Shown: positions 1-8,610 of the stretch, piece by piece
Layout of the letters: each line of letters starts with the position of its first letter
Numbering within the stretch: position 1 is the stretch's first letter
DNA from: Acidimicrobiales bacterium
GTDB lineage: Bacteria > Actinomycetota > Acidimicrobiia > Acidimicrobiales > CADCSY01
Reading direction: 5' to 3'
Assembly: GCA_050742255.1 (NCBI GenBank)
Contig: JBOGHU010000024.1
Coordinates: 1-47,167, forward strand
DNA length: 47,167 nt
The notes under the pieces: generated by a model
Seen by the model: the letters and a program-made list of their open reading frames with translations, nothing else
What the model was told of the DNA's origin: nothing
Database searches by the model: none
Translations under genes and position numbers: made by a program

Positions 1-177
1 CGCCGGCTGAGCGGGGGCCCCCAGGGGCGCCCGGGGGGCCCGGGGCACGGTCCCATCCGCGCCCGGCAGGCCCGCGTGGGGCACCCTGGTGCAGGCGTCG
101 TCCACATCTGTCCACCGGAAGTTCACAGGGTTGTTCCTCTGGCGTCCCACAGGCACGAGGGAGGAGGGTTAGGGGCC

Positions 178-1539
178 ATGGCCGTCGCCGAGATCCAGCC
201 CCGCCCGGGGCGCGACGGTCGGGTGCCCCCCCACGACCTCGAGGCCGAGGAGTCGTTGCTGGGTGCCATGCTGCTCTCGACTGACGCCATCGTGGCGGCC
301 GCCGAGGTCGGGGTGTCGGCCCAGGCGTTCTACAAGCCTGCCCACGCCCACATCTTCGACGCCGTCTCCTCCCTGTACGCGGCGGGAGAGCCGGCGGACC
401 CGGTCACGGTCGCCGACGAGCTGCGCCGCCGAGGCCTGATCGACGCGGTGGGCGGACCCGCCGTCCTGGTGACCATCCAGGCCCGCACGCCGGCGACCTC
501 CAACGCCGCCCGCTACGCCCGCATCATCTCCGAGCACGCCCTGCTGCGCCGCCTCATCTCCGTGGCCGGTGAGATCGCGGAGCTGGGCTACTCGCTGCCC
601 GACAACGTCCCCGCCGCTGCGGACCGGGCCGAGGCCATGGTCTTCAACGTGACCCAGCGGGGGGTCAGCGACACCCTCGCCCCCATCCGGGAGCTCCTCG
701 ACGCCAGCCTGACCCGCCTGGAGACCCTGTACGAGAAGGGTGACGCCATCACCGGGCTCCCGAGCGGCTACCACGACCTCGACGAGCTCCTCTCCGGCCT
801 GCAGCCCTCGAGCCTGGTCATGGTCGGGGCCCGTCCCGCCACCGGCAAGACCTCGTTCGCCCTCGGCATGGCCGCCCACGCCGCCTTGGAGGCGCACCGC
901 CCGGTGCTGGTGTTCTCGCTGGAGATGAGCCACCTGGAGATCACCCAGCGGCTGCTGTGCGCCGAGGCCCGCGTCGACAGCTCCCGGATGCGGAACGGGC
1001 GCCTGGCCGAGTCCGACTGGACCAAGATCAGCCATGCCATCGGACGGTTGGCCGAGGCGCCCCTCTACGTCGACGACAACCCCCAGGTCTCGGTCATGGA
1101 GATCCGGGCCAAGTCCCGGCGGCTCAAGTCCAAGCTCGGCGACCTGGGCCTGGTCGTCATCGACTACCTCCAGCTCATGACCGGCCGCACCAAGGCCGAG
1201 AACCGCCAGGTGGAGGTGTCGGAGATCAGCCGGGGCCTGAAGATCCTGGCCCGTGAGCTCGAGGTGCCGGTGGTGGCCCTGTCCCAGCTCTCCCGCAACC
1301 TCGAGATGCGGGCCGACAAGCGCCCCATGCTCGCCGACCTCCGGGAGAGCGGATCCCTCGAGCAGGACTCGGACGTGGTGATGTTCCTCTACCGCGACGA
1401 GCTGTACAACACCGACTCGCCCGACCGGGGCACCGCCGAGGTGCTGGTGGCCAAGCACCGGTCCGGTCCCACGGGCATGGTCCGCCTCGCCTTCCTCGAC
1501 CGCTACACCCGCTTCGCCAACATGGCCCGGGGGATCTAG
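178..1539 (+). CDS. dnaB: Replicative DNA helicase DnaB
   Basis: Lies within ORF 76..1539. N-terminal DnaB signature PPHDLEAEESLLGAML, Walker A GARPATGKTSF, Walker B LVVIDYLQLM, and AKHRSGPTG near the C-terminus. The ATG at 178 is preceded by GGAGGAGGG. At 453 aa there is no room for an intein. Confidence 0.9.
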   Translation: MAVAEIQPRPGRDGRVPPHDLEAEESLLGAMLLSTDAIVAAAEVGVSAQAFYKPAHAHIFDAVSSLYAAGEPADPVTVADELRRRGLIDAVGGPAVLVTIQARTPATSNAARYARIISEHALLRRLISVAGEIAELGYSLPDNVPAAADRAEAMVFNVTQRGVSDTLAPIRELLDASLTRLETLYEKGDAITGLPSGYHDLDELLSGLQPSSLVMVGARPATGKTSFALGMAAHAALEAHRPVLVFSLEMSHLEITQRLLCAEARVDSSRMRNGRLAESDWTKISHAIGRLAEAPLYVDDNPQVSVMEIRAKSRRLKSKLGDLGLVVIDYLQLMTGRTKAENRQVEVSEISRGLKILARELEVPVVALSQLSRNLEMRADKRPMLADLRESGSLEQDSDVVMFLYRDELYNTDSPDRGTAEVLVAKHRSGPTGMVRLAFLDRYTRFANMARGI

Positions 1540-1553
1540 ACCACCACGCGGCG

Positions 1554-3398
1554 CTAGCTCGAGGCCGTCGTGGCCTCCCCGGACCTGCGGCTCGCCGGCC
1601 GCAGCCGGACGAAGGCGACCAGGAGGAGGCCCGCACCGACCAGACCGACGGCCACCCCCAGGCCCAGCGACGTCGCCTTGACGGCCGGCTCGGTCTCCTC
1701 GCCGGGCCCGAACGCCACCGTGGCCGCGTAGGCGTCCTCCGTGGGCAGGTCCACCCGGCCGTTGCGGGAGTCGGCCCACGCCACCAAGGTGGCCCGGTCG
1801 GTCGAGGCCACGCCCATGGGGCCCCGCAGATCCTGGAGGGGGTGGAAGGCGTAGCCCTCGTACTGGTTCATGGAGCGGTCGCTCACTCGCAGGTTCGAGG
1901 CCCACGTCCGGCCTCCGTCGGTCGAGTAGGTGAAGAACACGTCCCAGCAGGTCACCTCGCTGCGGTCGGTCCTGCCCGTGCCCTCCGGGTTGTACAGGGC
2001 ATCGGTGCGGAAGTCGTGCCAGGCCAGGTCGATGCGGCCGTTGGGGGCGATGCTGATCCCCGGGAACATCTGGTCGTGGCCGCCCTCGTCGTCGTTGACC
2101 CGGAGGCGCTCGCTCCAGGTCTCACCGCCGTCGGAGGAGCGCAGGAACCAGATGTCGCGGTCGTCGCGGGCGTTGGGCGGGGGGGAGCCGCTCTGCTCGA
2201 ACACCACGTAGAGGTCGCCCGTGGTCGGGTCCACCTCGGCCTCGGGCGTCGTGAGGCAGGGGACGCAGGCCAGTCCGCTGTCGTCGACGACCGAGGCCTC
2301 CCAGGTGGCCCCGTCGTCGGTGGACCTGGCCATGAGCAGGCGGGCGCCGGCACCCGGCTGGCCCGGCCCGGGCCGCGCGGTGGTGGTGGTCTGGGGAGCG
2401 GCCTCGGTGGCCTCGGGTGCGGCCGTGGTGGTGGTGAAGGCGGCGGAGGTCTGGCAGGTGTTGGCGGGAACGGGGGGCGCCGAGGGGCGCTGCGGCTCCG
2501 GGGGGCTCGGGGCGCCGGGGGGCGGGGGCGGGGCGGACGGCGGCCGCTCCTTGGTGAAGGCGTAGATCGTGCCGTCCTCGGCCACGGCCAGGGCGGGCAC
2601 GTCGGAGCCCTGGACCTCGTCCCGGGAGAAGGTCGCGGCCATGATGTCGGCGGGCTCGGCGAAGCTCCGGCCGCGGTCGGTGGACACCGCCACCAGGCTC
2701 CGGGGCGGGGCCTCCCCCTGGGCGTCCCGGTAGCGCCACCCGACGTAGACCCGGTTCGGGTCGGAGGGGTGAACCGCCATGCGGATGTACTCGTACCGCT
2801 GCAGAGCGGTGAGGGAGGACCCGTCGCCGGCGGTGAACTCCTCCTCGCTCGAGCGGTCGATGATGGTGAAGTCCCAGCTCTCGCCCAGGTCGGTGCTGCG
2901 GGCCAGGAACGCGTCGGTGGGACCCCTGCCACCGCTGGTCTCCGAGCCGGCGCCGGCCACGTACAGGGTGCCGTCGACGCCGAAGCCGGCGGCTTCGAAG
3001 GGGCCGAAGGTGGGCCGGGAGCACGCCCGGTACTGCGGCGGGGTGGGCCGCCCGCTGGCCAGGGCCCAGGTCCGACCGCCGTCGCGGCTCACGTGCACCT
3101 GGCAGGTGGACGACACGAACTCCGCCTCCACGATCACGACGGTGCCAGGATCCTCGGGATGCACCAGGACCTGGGGCTCGGTGTGGACGCGCCCCGGTGT
3201 GACGTCGTCGGTGACCTGGACCGAAGGGGTGACCGTGGGGGCCCCGCTCTCCTGGGCGGGCCCGGGCGTGGCCGCCACCAGGGCCAGCCCGGTGGCCACG
3301 GCCACCACGAGGGGCTTCGAGCGTACCCGGGCACGCCTCGCCCTGCCTCCCCGCGCCCACCCGCCCACCCTGCCCTCCCTGGCCGGCCCGGTGCTCAT
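1554..3398 (-). CDS. Secreted BNR/Asp-box repeat (sialidase-fold beta-propeller) protein with a C-terminal transmembrane anchor
   Basis: Lies within ORF 1554..3746. Six Asp-box motifs of the form SxDxGxTW (SRDGGRTW, STDLGESW, STDRGRSF, STDDGATW, SSDGGETW, STDGGRTW). The ATG at 3398 is preceded by GAAGGAG and followed by an R-rich, hydrophobic signal-like N-terminus. There is a hydrophobic C-terminal helix, GLGVAVGLVGAGLLLVAFV. Confidence 0.75.
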   Translation of the reverse strand: MSTGPAREGRVGGWARGGRARRARVRSKPLVVAVATGLALVAATPGPAQESGAPTVTPSVQVTDDVTPGRVHTEPQVLVHPEDPGTVVIVEAEFVSSTCQVHVSRDGGRTWALASGRPTPPQYRACSRPTFGPFEAAGFGVDGTLYVAGAGSETSGGRGPTDAFLARSTDLGESWDFTIIDRSSEEEFTAGDGSSLTALQRYEYIRMAVHPSDPNRVYVGWRYRDAQGEAPPRSLVAVSTDRGRSFAEPADIMAATFSRDEVQGSDVPALAVAEDGTIYAFTKERPPSAPPPPPGAPSPPEPQRPSAPPVPANTCQTSAAFTTTTAAPEATEAAPQTTTTARPGPGQPGAGARLLMARSTDDGATWEASVVDDSGLACVPCLTTPEAEVDPTTGDLYVVFEQSGSPPPNARDDRDIWFLRSSDGGETWSERLRVNDDEGGHDQMFPGISIAPNGRIDLAWHDFRTDALYNPEGTGRTDRSEVTCWDVFFTYSTDGGRTWASNLRVSDRSMNQYEGYAFHPLQDLRGPMGVASTDRATLVAWADSRNGRVDLPTEDAYAATVAFGPGEETEPAVKATSLGLGVAVGLVGAGLLLVAFVRLRPASRRSGEATTASS

Positions 3399-3591
3399 GT
3401 CACGCTCCTTCGCTCCCTCGGGCCGGCCATCCCCGGCGGCGCCGTCCGGTCGTGCGGCACGGGATGCTGCCAACTGGACCCCGTGGCAGTCAATAGATGC
3501 CGCCCGCATCGACTGGCCCAAGGAGGGCGGCTCCGGCGGGCCAGCGAGGTTGTGGGGGCGGCCACCGTCCCCTACCGTCACCTGCGGACCT

Positions 3592-5016
3592 GTGAAGCTC
3601 ACCGAAGTCTCCCTCCAGGCGGTGCCCCTGGCGCGGTTCGAACCGCTGATCGGGGCCGAGCAGACCGAGCAGCTGCGCGCCGCGGCGGCGGCAGCCAGCC
3701 GCCTGCTCGACGGCCGCACCGTGTGGAACGTGAACTCCACGGCCACCGGCGGCGGCGTGGCCGAGATGCTCCAACCCCTCCTGGCCTACAGCCGGGGGGC
3801 CGGGGTGGACGCCCGCTGGCTGGTGATCGAGGGCGACCCCGAGCTGTTCCGCATCACCAAGCGCCTGCACAACGGGCTGCACGGGATTCCCGGAGACGGG
3901 GGACCCCTGGGCCCGACCGAGCACGCCCACTACGAGGAGGTCCTAAAGGCCAACGCCGAGGAGCTGCTGGCCATCGTCCGCCCCGGCGACATCGTGCTGC
4001 TGCACGACCCCCAGACGGCGGGGCTGGTGCCGGCCATGCTGGGCACGGGGGCGACCACCGTGTGGCGCAGCCACATCGGCATCGACGTGTCCAACCAGCT
4101 GGTCGAGCGCTCCTGGACGTTCCTGCGCCGCTACCTCGACGGGGCCCACGCCTACGTCTTCTCCCGCACCGCCTACGTCCCCAGCTGGCTGACCGAGCGG
4201 GTGCACATCATCAGCCCCTCCATCGACCCCTTCTCGGCCAAGAACTCCGAGATGCCGACCTCGACCGTCCAGGGGGTGCTGGCCCACGTGGGCCTTATCC
4301 AGGGCGACCCCGCCCGGGCCTCGGCCGCCTTCACCCGCCGGGACGGCTCACCGGGCCGGGTCGACCACCACGCCGACATCGTGCGGGCCGGTCCGGCGCC
4401 GATGCCCGACACGCCCCTCGTGGTGCAGGTCTCCCGTTGGGACCGCCTCAAGGACATGCAGGGGGTGATGGCGGGCTTCGCCGAGCACGTGGACGGGGCC
4501 AGTCCCGCCCACCTGGTGCTGGTCGGCCCCAACGTGAGCGGGGTGGCCGACGACCCCGAGGGGGCGGAGGTCTTCACCGAGTGCATCCGGGCCTGGCAGG
4601 ACCTCCCCCATGCCGTACGCACCCGGGTCCAGCTGGTGTGCCTGCCCATGGCCGACATCGAGGAGAACGCGGCCATCGTCAACGCCGTCCAGCGACACGC
4701 CACCGTGGTGGTGCAGAAGAGCCTGGCCGAGGGGTTCGGGCTCACCGTGGCCGAGGCCATGTGGAAGTCCCGCCCGATCGTGGCCAGCGCGGTGGGCGGC
4801 ATCCAGGACCAGATCGTCGACGGAGAGCACGGCCTGCTCATCGCCGACCCGACCGATCTGGCGGCATTCGGGGCGGCCGTCGAGCGGTGCCTGGACGACG
4901 TGTCCCTGGCCCGCCAGCTGGGCAAGCAGGCGCGCCAGCGAGCGGCCGAGCTGTTCCTCGGCAGTCGGCACCTCATGCGCTACGAGGCGCTCTTCGCCGA
5001 GCTTCTGGGCTCTTGA
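3592..5016 (+). CDS. GT4-family glycosyltransferase, TreT (trehalose synthase)-like
   Basis: C-terminal part of ORF 2779..5016. N-terminal NVNSTATGGGVAEML motif, RWDRLKD, and a C-terminal GT-B EGFGLTVAEAMW..P motif. The GTG at 3592 is the first plausible start after the divergent intergenic region, so the start is uncertain. Confidence 0.7.
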   Translation: MKLTEVSLQAVPLARFEPLIGAEQTEQLRAAAAAASRLLDGRTVWNVNSTATGGGVAEMLQPLLAYSRGAGVDARWLVIEGDPELFRITKRLHNGLHGIPGDGGPLGPTEHAHYEEVLKANAEELLAIVRPGDIVLLHDPQTAGLVPAMLGTGATTVWRSHIGIDVSNQLVERSWTFLRRYLDGAHAYVFSRTAYVPSWLTERVHIISPSIDPFSAKNSEMPTSTVQGVLAHVGLIQGDPARASAAFTRRDGSPGRVDHHADIVRAGPAPMPDTPLVVQVSRWDRLKDMQGVMAGFAEHVDGASPAHLVLVGPNVSGVADDPEGAEVFTECIRAWQDLPHAVRTRVQLVCLPMADIEENAAIVNAVQRHATVVVQKSLAEGFGLTVAEAMWKSRPIVASAVGGIQDQIVDGEHGLLIADPTDLAAFGAAVERCLDDVSLARQLGKQARQRAAELFLGSRHLMRYEALFAELLGS

Positions 5017-5078
5017 CCAGGGCCGGCGGGCCACGCTGGGCTCTTGACCAGGGCCGGCGGGCCAGGCTGGGCTCGACC
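5007..5078. repeat. 31-bp tandem duplication, two full copies plus a partial third
   Basis: gggctcttgaccagggccggcgggccacgct (5007-5037) is repeated at 5038-5068 with one mismatch. A degenerate partial copy follows at 5069-5078. Copy 1 contains the TGA stop of the glycosyltransferase. Confidence 0.85.
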
Positions 5079-5100
5079 GACCACCCCTCGGAGGTCGCCG

Positions 5101-5307
5101 GTGTTCCTCGGTGAGAACCTGTTGCCACTGCTCGTGCTGGCGCTGGGCGGGGCCATGGCCCTCGGCACCGGCCTGGCCCTGCTGCGCCCACCACCCGGCC
5201 AGGATGGCGGGCGGCCGGCGCGGGCCCCCCTGGCCCGCAGCCTGGTGATGATCGGCGTGGGGTCACTGGCGGCCATCTGGGCCCTCGCCACCCTGGTCAC
5301 CGGCTGA
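5101..5307 (+). CDS. Small two-helix membrane protein (hypothetical)
   Basis: Lies within ORF 5044..5307. The GTG at 5101 sits 6 nt after GGAGG (5090-5094). Two hydrophobic segments, LLPLLVLALGGAMALGTGLALL and LVMIGVGSLAAIWALATLV. Confidence 0.4.
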   Translation: MFLGENLLPLLVLALGGAMALGTGLALLRPPPGQDGGRPARAPLARSLVMIGVGSLAAIWALATLVTG

Positions 5308-5321
5308 GCGCCCGGCGCCGG

Positions 5322-5666
5322 TCAGTGCCAGGTGGCCCAGCTGGTCCCGGCGGCGATGCCGGCGGCGAAGATGAGGAACGGGGCCACCGACGCCACCACG
5401 ACCCACCGGCGCTGGGGCATCCCCAGACGGTGGAGCCCGAGGCGGAAGCCACCGGCGGCGGCGGCCACGGCCAGCCACCACAGGATGCGGAGGGGCCGGG
5501 GCCAGGCCAGGGGGACGACGATCTCGGCCCATGCCGGGGCCGGCGAGTTGGCCCCGACGCCGCCGAGCACCTCGCCCGCCACGGCCAGCAGCACGAACCC
5601 TGCGCACCCCAGGGTCAGCGCCGCCGCCGAACGGGCCTGTCCGGGGTCCCCCAGCTGGGCGGTCAC
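5322..5666 (-). CDS. Hypothetical membrane protein with about 3 TM helices
   Basis: ORF 5322..5666. The translation is hydrophobic rather than R/P-rich and lies downstream of the sigma/anti-sigma pair on the same strand. Confidence 0.45.
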   Translation of the reverse strand: MTAQLGDPGQARSAAALTLGCAGFVLLAVAGEVLGGVGANSPAPAWAEIVVPLAWPRPLRILWWLAVAAAAGGFRLGLHRLGMPQRRWVVVASVAPFLIFAAGIAAGTSWATWH

Positions 5667-5816
5667 CGGACCCTCGGTGCAGGGGGTGGGAGGGGCCCCG
5701 CCGGCACACCGGTCACCCGCCCGCGCTCACCCACGCGGCGGAGAGCAGCCTGGCCGGGAGCTGCCCGGCCGGGCCCGGCGTCGGCGCGGGAGGTGGATCT
5801 CCATGCCTCGGGTGCC

Positions 5817-6128
5817 TCAGGTCCCCGTCGAGGTGCCCGAGTCGGTGTCGCCAGCCTCGACCTCGCCCCGGGCCAGGCGTGCGGCGAAGGTGCGCAACCG
5901 CTCCACCGAGCCGTCGTCGACAAGGTCCCCCCGGCGCCGCAATGCCCGCTTGACCTCGGTGTAGGTCACCGCCTCCAGCCCACAGCGCCGGCAGTCGTCG
6001 AGGTGCTGGGCAATCCGGCGGGCAGCCAGCTCGTCGATCTCGCCGTCGAGGTAGAACTGCAGCATCCGGCCGACCTCGCGGCACCCGAGCCGCCCGGACG
6101 CCAGCTGCCACCGGTGGCGGTCGATCAT
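5817..6128 (-). CDS. Zinc-binding anti-sigma factor (ZAS family, RsrA-like, no TM segment)
   Basis: ORF 5817..6128. HLDDCRRC matches the H-x3-C-x2-C motif. An upstream Cys16 lies 26 residues before the His, the same spacing I recall for RsrA C11/H37. Its start overlaps the sigma gene stop by 4 nt. Confidence 0.8.
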   Translation of the reverse strand: MIDRHRWQLASGRLGCREVGRMLQFYLDGEIDELAARRIAQHLDDCRRCGLEAVTYTEVKRALRRRGDLVDDGSVERLRTFAARLARGEVEAGDTDSGTSTGT

Positions 6129-6769
6129 CGCTCCACCTTCCTCGGTGCGTGCTCCGTGGCGGCCAGGTGGGCCTGGATCCGGCGGCGGGCCCGGTGGAGG
6201 CGGCTCATCACCGTCCCCACGGGGATGCCCAGCGCCTCGGCTGCCTCCTTGTAGCGGAGGCCGTCCACGTCCACCAGCTCCACGACCTGGCGGTAGCGCT
6301 CGGGCAGGGACGCCAGGGCGGCGTCGACGGCGGCGTCGAAGCCTCCGGCCACCACGACGCTCTCGGCGCTCTCCTCATGCGGCCTGCCGAGCGGCGGCCG
6401 GCGGTGGATCTCCTCGGCGTCGCGGAGCAGCTCGGGCCGCCGGCGCCGGACGCGGTTGATCTGGGCGTTGCGCATTATGGTGAGCACCCACGCCCGGGGG
6501 TGGCGGCCGTCGAAGCCACCGATCCCCCGGAACGCACGGAGCAGGGTGTCCTGCACCAGGTCTTCGGCGTCGGAGGGGTTGCGGGTGAGCGACAGGGCCA
6601 CGCGCCACAGCAGGTCGAGCTCGGGGACGACGTGGTCGGCGAAGGCCTGCTCCTGTGTGGCGTCCAGTCCCTCTGCCGGCTGCTCCACCGTTGTGGCAAC
6701 CCTCGCCCAACCAGCGGCATTCCCCCGGCGCGCCAGCCCGAAGGCCCGGCGCAACCCACCCCAGCCCAC
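6125..6769 (-). CDS. ECF (group IV) sigma-70 factor, SigR-like
   Basis: ORF 6125..6769. Region 2 DAEDLVQDTLLRAFR and region 4 HTH GIPVGTVMSRLHRARRRI. It starts at a GTG directly after the crp stop. A shorter in-frame start at GTG 6688 is possible (see promoter feature). Confidence 0.85.
   Translation of the reverse strand: MGWGGLRRAFGLARRGNAAGWARVATTVEQPAEGLDATQEQAFADHVVPELDLLWRVALSLTRNPSDAEDLVQDTLLRAFRGIGGFDGRHPRAWVLTIMRNAQINRVRRRRPELLRDAEEIHRRPPLGRPHEESAESVVVAGGFDAAVDAALASLPERYRQVVELVDVDGLRYKEAAEALGIPVGTVMSRLHRARRRIQAHLAATEHAPRKVER
6698..6724 (-). promoter_or_regulatory. SigR-type ECF promoter motif GGGAAT-N18-GTT inside the 5-prime end of the sigma ORF
   Basis: The minus strand reads GGGAATgccgctggttgggcgaggGTT. 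GGGAAT is 6724-6719 and GTT is 6700-6698. The in-frame GTG at 6688 lies 9 nt downstream. Confidence 0.5.
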
Positions 6770-6771
6770 CC

Positions 6772-7488
6772 TTAGAGATTACCCAGCAGGCGGTCGAACT
6801 CGTCGCGGATCACCTGGTAGCACTCGCACGACGAGCCCTCCAGGCCCTCCCGGTCGACGAGGGCGATCTGGCCCCGCCGGTAGCGGATGAACCCGGCCCG
6901 CTGGAGGGCGCCAGCCGCCACCGTCACCGAGGCCCGCCGCACCCCCAGCATCTGGGAGAGGAACTCCTGGGTCAGGGGGAACTCGTCGGAGCCCACCCGG
7001 TCGTGGGTCAGCAGCAGCCAGCGGCTGCAGCGCTCCTCGACCGAGTGCAGGCCGTTGCAGGCCACCTGCTGGGAGACCTGGCTGAACAGGGCCTGGACGT
7101 AGCGCTGGACGATGTCGCGGAAGGGCCCCTCCCGCCCTGCCTCCTCCCCGAACGCGGACGCGTCCATCGTCAGGATGCCCCCGGGGACCTGGACCTGGGC
7201 CCACTCCCGCCTGGGCATGAAAGCCGAGCCCAGGAAGAGCGGCGACCCCACCATGCCCTCGCTGCCGATGGTGGCGATCTCCACCCCCGAGCCGTCGTCC
7301 ATGCCGGTGAGGACCGAGACCACGGCGCTGGCCGGGAAGTGGACGGTCTGGATGCGGGCCCCGGGCTCGAGCAGGACCTGCTTTATCTCCCCCCACTCCT
7401 CGGTGACGAGGGGCTTCAGCCGGTCGAAGTCCGGCTCGGGGAGGGTGTCGAGGAGGCGGTTGCCGGTGGCTCGGCTCGGCTCAGGCAT
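6772..7488 (-). CDS. Crp/Fnr family transcriptional regulator
   Basis: ORF 6772..7488. An N-terminal cNMP-binding-like beta-roll (GARIQTVHFPASAVVSVL..GSEGMVG) and a C-terminal HTH (SQEFLSQMLGVRRASVTVAAGALQRAGFIRY). Confidence 0.85.
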   Translation of the reverse strand: MPEPSRATGNRLLDTLPEPDFDRLKPLVTEEWGEIKQVLLEPGARIQTVHFPASAVVSVLTGMDDGSGVEIATIGSEGMVGSPLFLGSAFMPRREWAQVQVPGGILTMDASAFGEEAGREGPFRDIVQRYVQALFSQVSQQVACNGLHSVEERCSRWLLLTHDRVGSDEFPLTQEFLSQMLGVRRASVTVAAGALQRAGFIRYRRGQIALVDREGLEGSSCECYQVIRDEFDRLLGNL

Positions 7489-7785
7489 GGGCCCTCCGTC
7501 ACGCCGCCGGCCCGTCGCCGTCCGCTGGCTCGGCCGAGCGCCGCGCTCGTCTTCTGGGTCTCCCGTCGGCTCACGACGTGAGCACCCCGAGGGGCGATCG
7601 CTGGGCGCCCGGCGGGGGCCACGTCGCCGGGGGCGGCCCCGGGAGCGGCTGGTGGCTCAACCGCCGCCACCTTTGCAGAAGGGCCCCCTCTTGCGCAACC
7701 GTGTGTACGTTGGCGTACTATCGGAGGTGGACATCCCGGGGCCCTGCCGGTCCTCTCAGCAACAGCTCGCACAAGGAAGGGGCCC

Positions 7786-8499
7786 TTGGAACCACAACCG
7801 GACGACCTGGGGGACCTCGTGGCCGAGCTGTCCCAGCTGTTGCTGGCCGAGGAGAGCCTCGACAGCACCCTCCGTCGCACCGCCGACCTGGCGGTGAGGG
7901 TCATCCCGACCTGCGACTCCTGTGGCGTCTCGATGGCCGTGGAGGGACGGGTGGGCACCCGCGTCGCCACCAGCGACGTCGCCCGGCGGATCGACGAGCG
8001 CCAGTACGCCGCCGACGAGGGCCCCTGCCTCGCCGCCGTCCGCAGCGGCGAGGTGGTGAGGTGCGAGTCCGTCGCCACCGAGGTCCGCTGGCCCCGGTAC
8101 AGGCAGGAGGCCGCCCTCGAGGGCCTGGTCAGCTCGTACTCGATCCCGCTGCTGGTGCGGGAGAAGGTCGTCGGGGCCCTCAACCTGTACTCGCGCTCGG
8201 ACCCGTTCGGGGAGGCGGACGAGCGCGCTGCCTACGAGCTGGCCACCCACGCTGCGGTCACCCTGGCCAACGCCCAGGCCTACGCCCAGACCCAGGCGCT
8301 GGTGGGGCACCTGAACGAGGCGTTGAAGTCCCGTGACCTCATCGGTCAGGCCAAGGGCATCATCATGGAGCGGGAGCGCTGCAGCCCCGAGCGGGCGTTC
8401 GAGATCCTCCGCTCGGTGTCCCAGCGGGCGAACCTGAAGCTCAGGGACGTGGCCCAGGAGGTGGTGGACACCGGCGCCTGGCAGGTGGGCGAGCCCTGA
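7786..8499 (+). CDS. GAF-ANTAR RNA-binding antitermination-type regulator
   Basis: ORF 7786..8499, with a TTG start after AAGGAAGGGG. A GAF-like N-terminal domain and a C-terminal ANTAR signature (LKSRDLIGQAKGIIMERERCSPERAFEILRSVSQRANLKLRDVA). Confidence 0.85.
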   Translation: MEPQPDDLGDLVAELSQLLLAEESLDSTLRRTADLAVRVIPTCDSCGVSMAVEGRVGTRVATSDVARRIDERQYAADEGPCLAAVRSGEVVRCESVATEVRWPRYRQEAALEGLVSSYSIPLLVREKVVGALNLYSRSDPFGEADERAAYELATHAAVTLANAQAYAQTQALVGHLNEALKSRDLIGQAKGIIMERERCSPERAFEILRSVSQRANLKLRDVAQEVVDTGAWQVGEP

Positions 8500-8610
8500 A
8501 GGCCGGTCCTGGGGCGAAGCGCCACGTCTCTCGTCTGCTAGCCTTCCCTGATCCATAAGGGGAGCCTTCTACCGCTTAGTACGAGTGCCCTACAGGTTCG
8601 CTACGGCTAC

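Noticed and set aside
13-22. A GGGGGCCCCC palindrome and neighbouring G/C runs at the window edge, considered as a terminator of an upstream gene.
   Set aside because: The upstream gene is outside the window, so strand and context cannot be evaluated.
98-116. Two adjacent DnaA-box-like nonamers upstream of dnaB. TCGTCCACA matches the TTGTCCACA consensus at 8 of 9 positions and CTGTCCACC at 7 of 9.
   Set aside because: There are only two imperfect boxes, no AT-rich unwinding element, and no dnaA/dnaN context. This could be chance or minor regulation and is not an origin.
1842-5114. A very long ORF (1090 aa). Similar giant ORFs occur at 169..1905 (-), 27393..30326 (-), 32110..33930 (-), 39503..41839 (-) and 42165..43409 (-).
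   Set aside because: Their translations are monotonous Arg/Gly/Pro/Ala-rich strings. They lie antisense to, or out of frame with, genes that carry clear family motifs. Stop-free alternative frames are expected at about 70% GC.
8557-8575. A possible IdeR/DtxR iron box (TAAGGGGAGCCTTCTACCG) in the leader of the siderophore uptake operon.
   Set aside because: Only the left half resembles the consensus and the right half does not match. This is insufficient without a scoring matrix.
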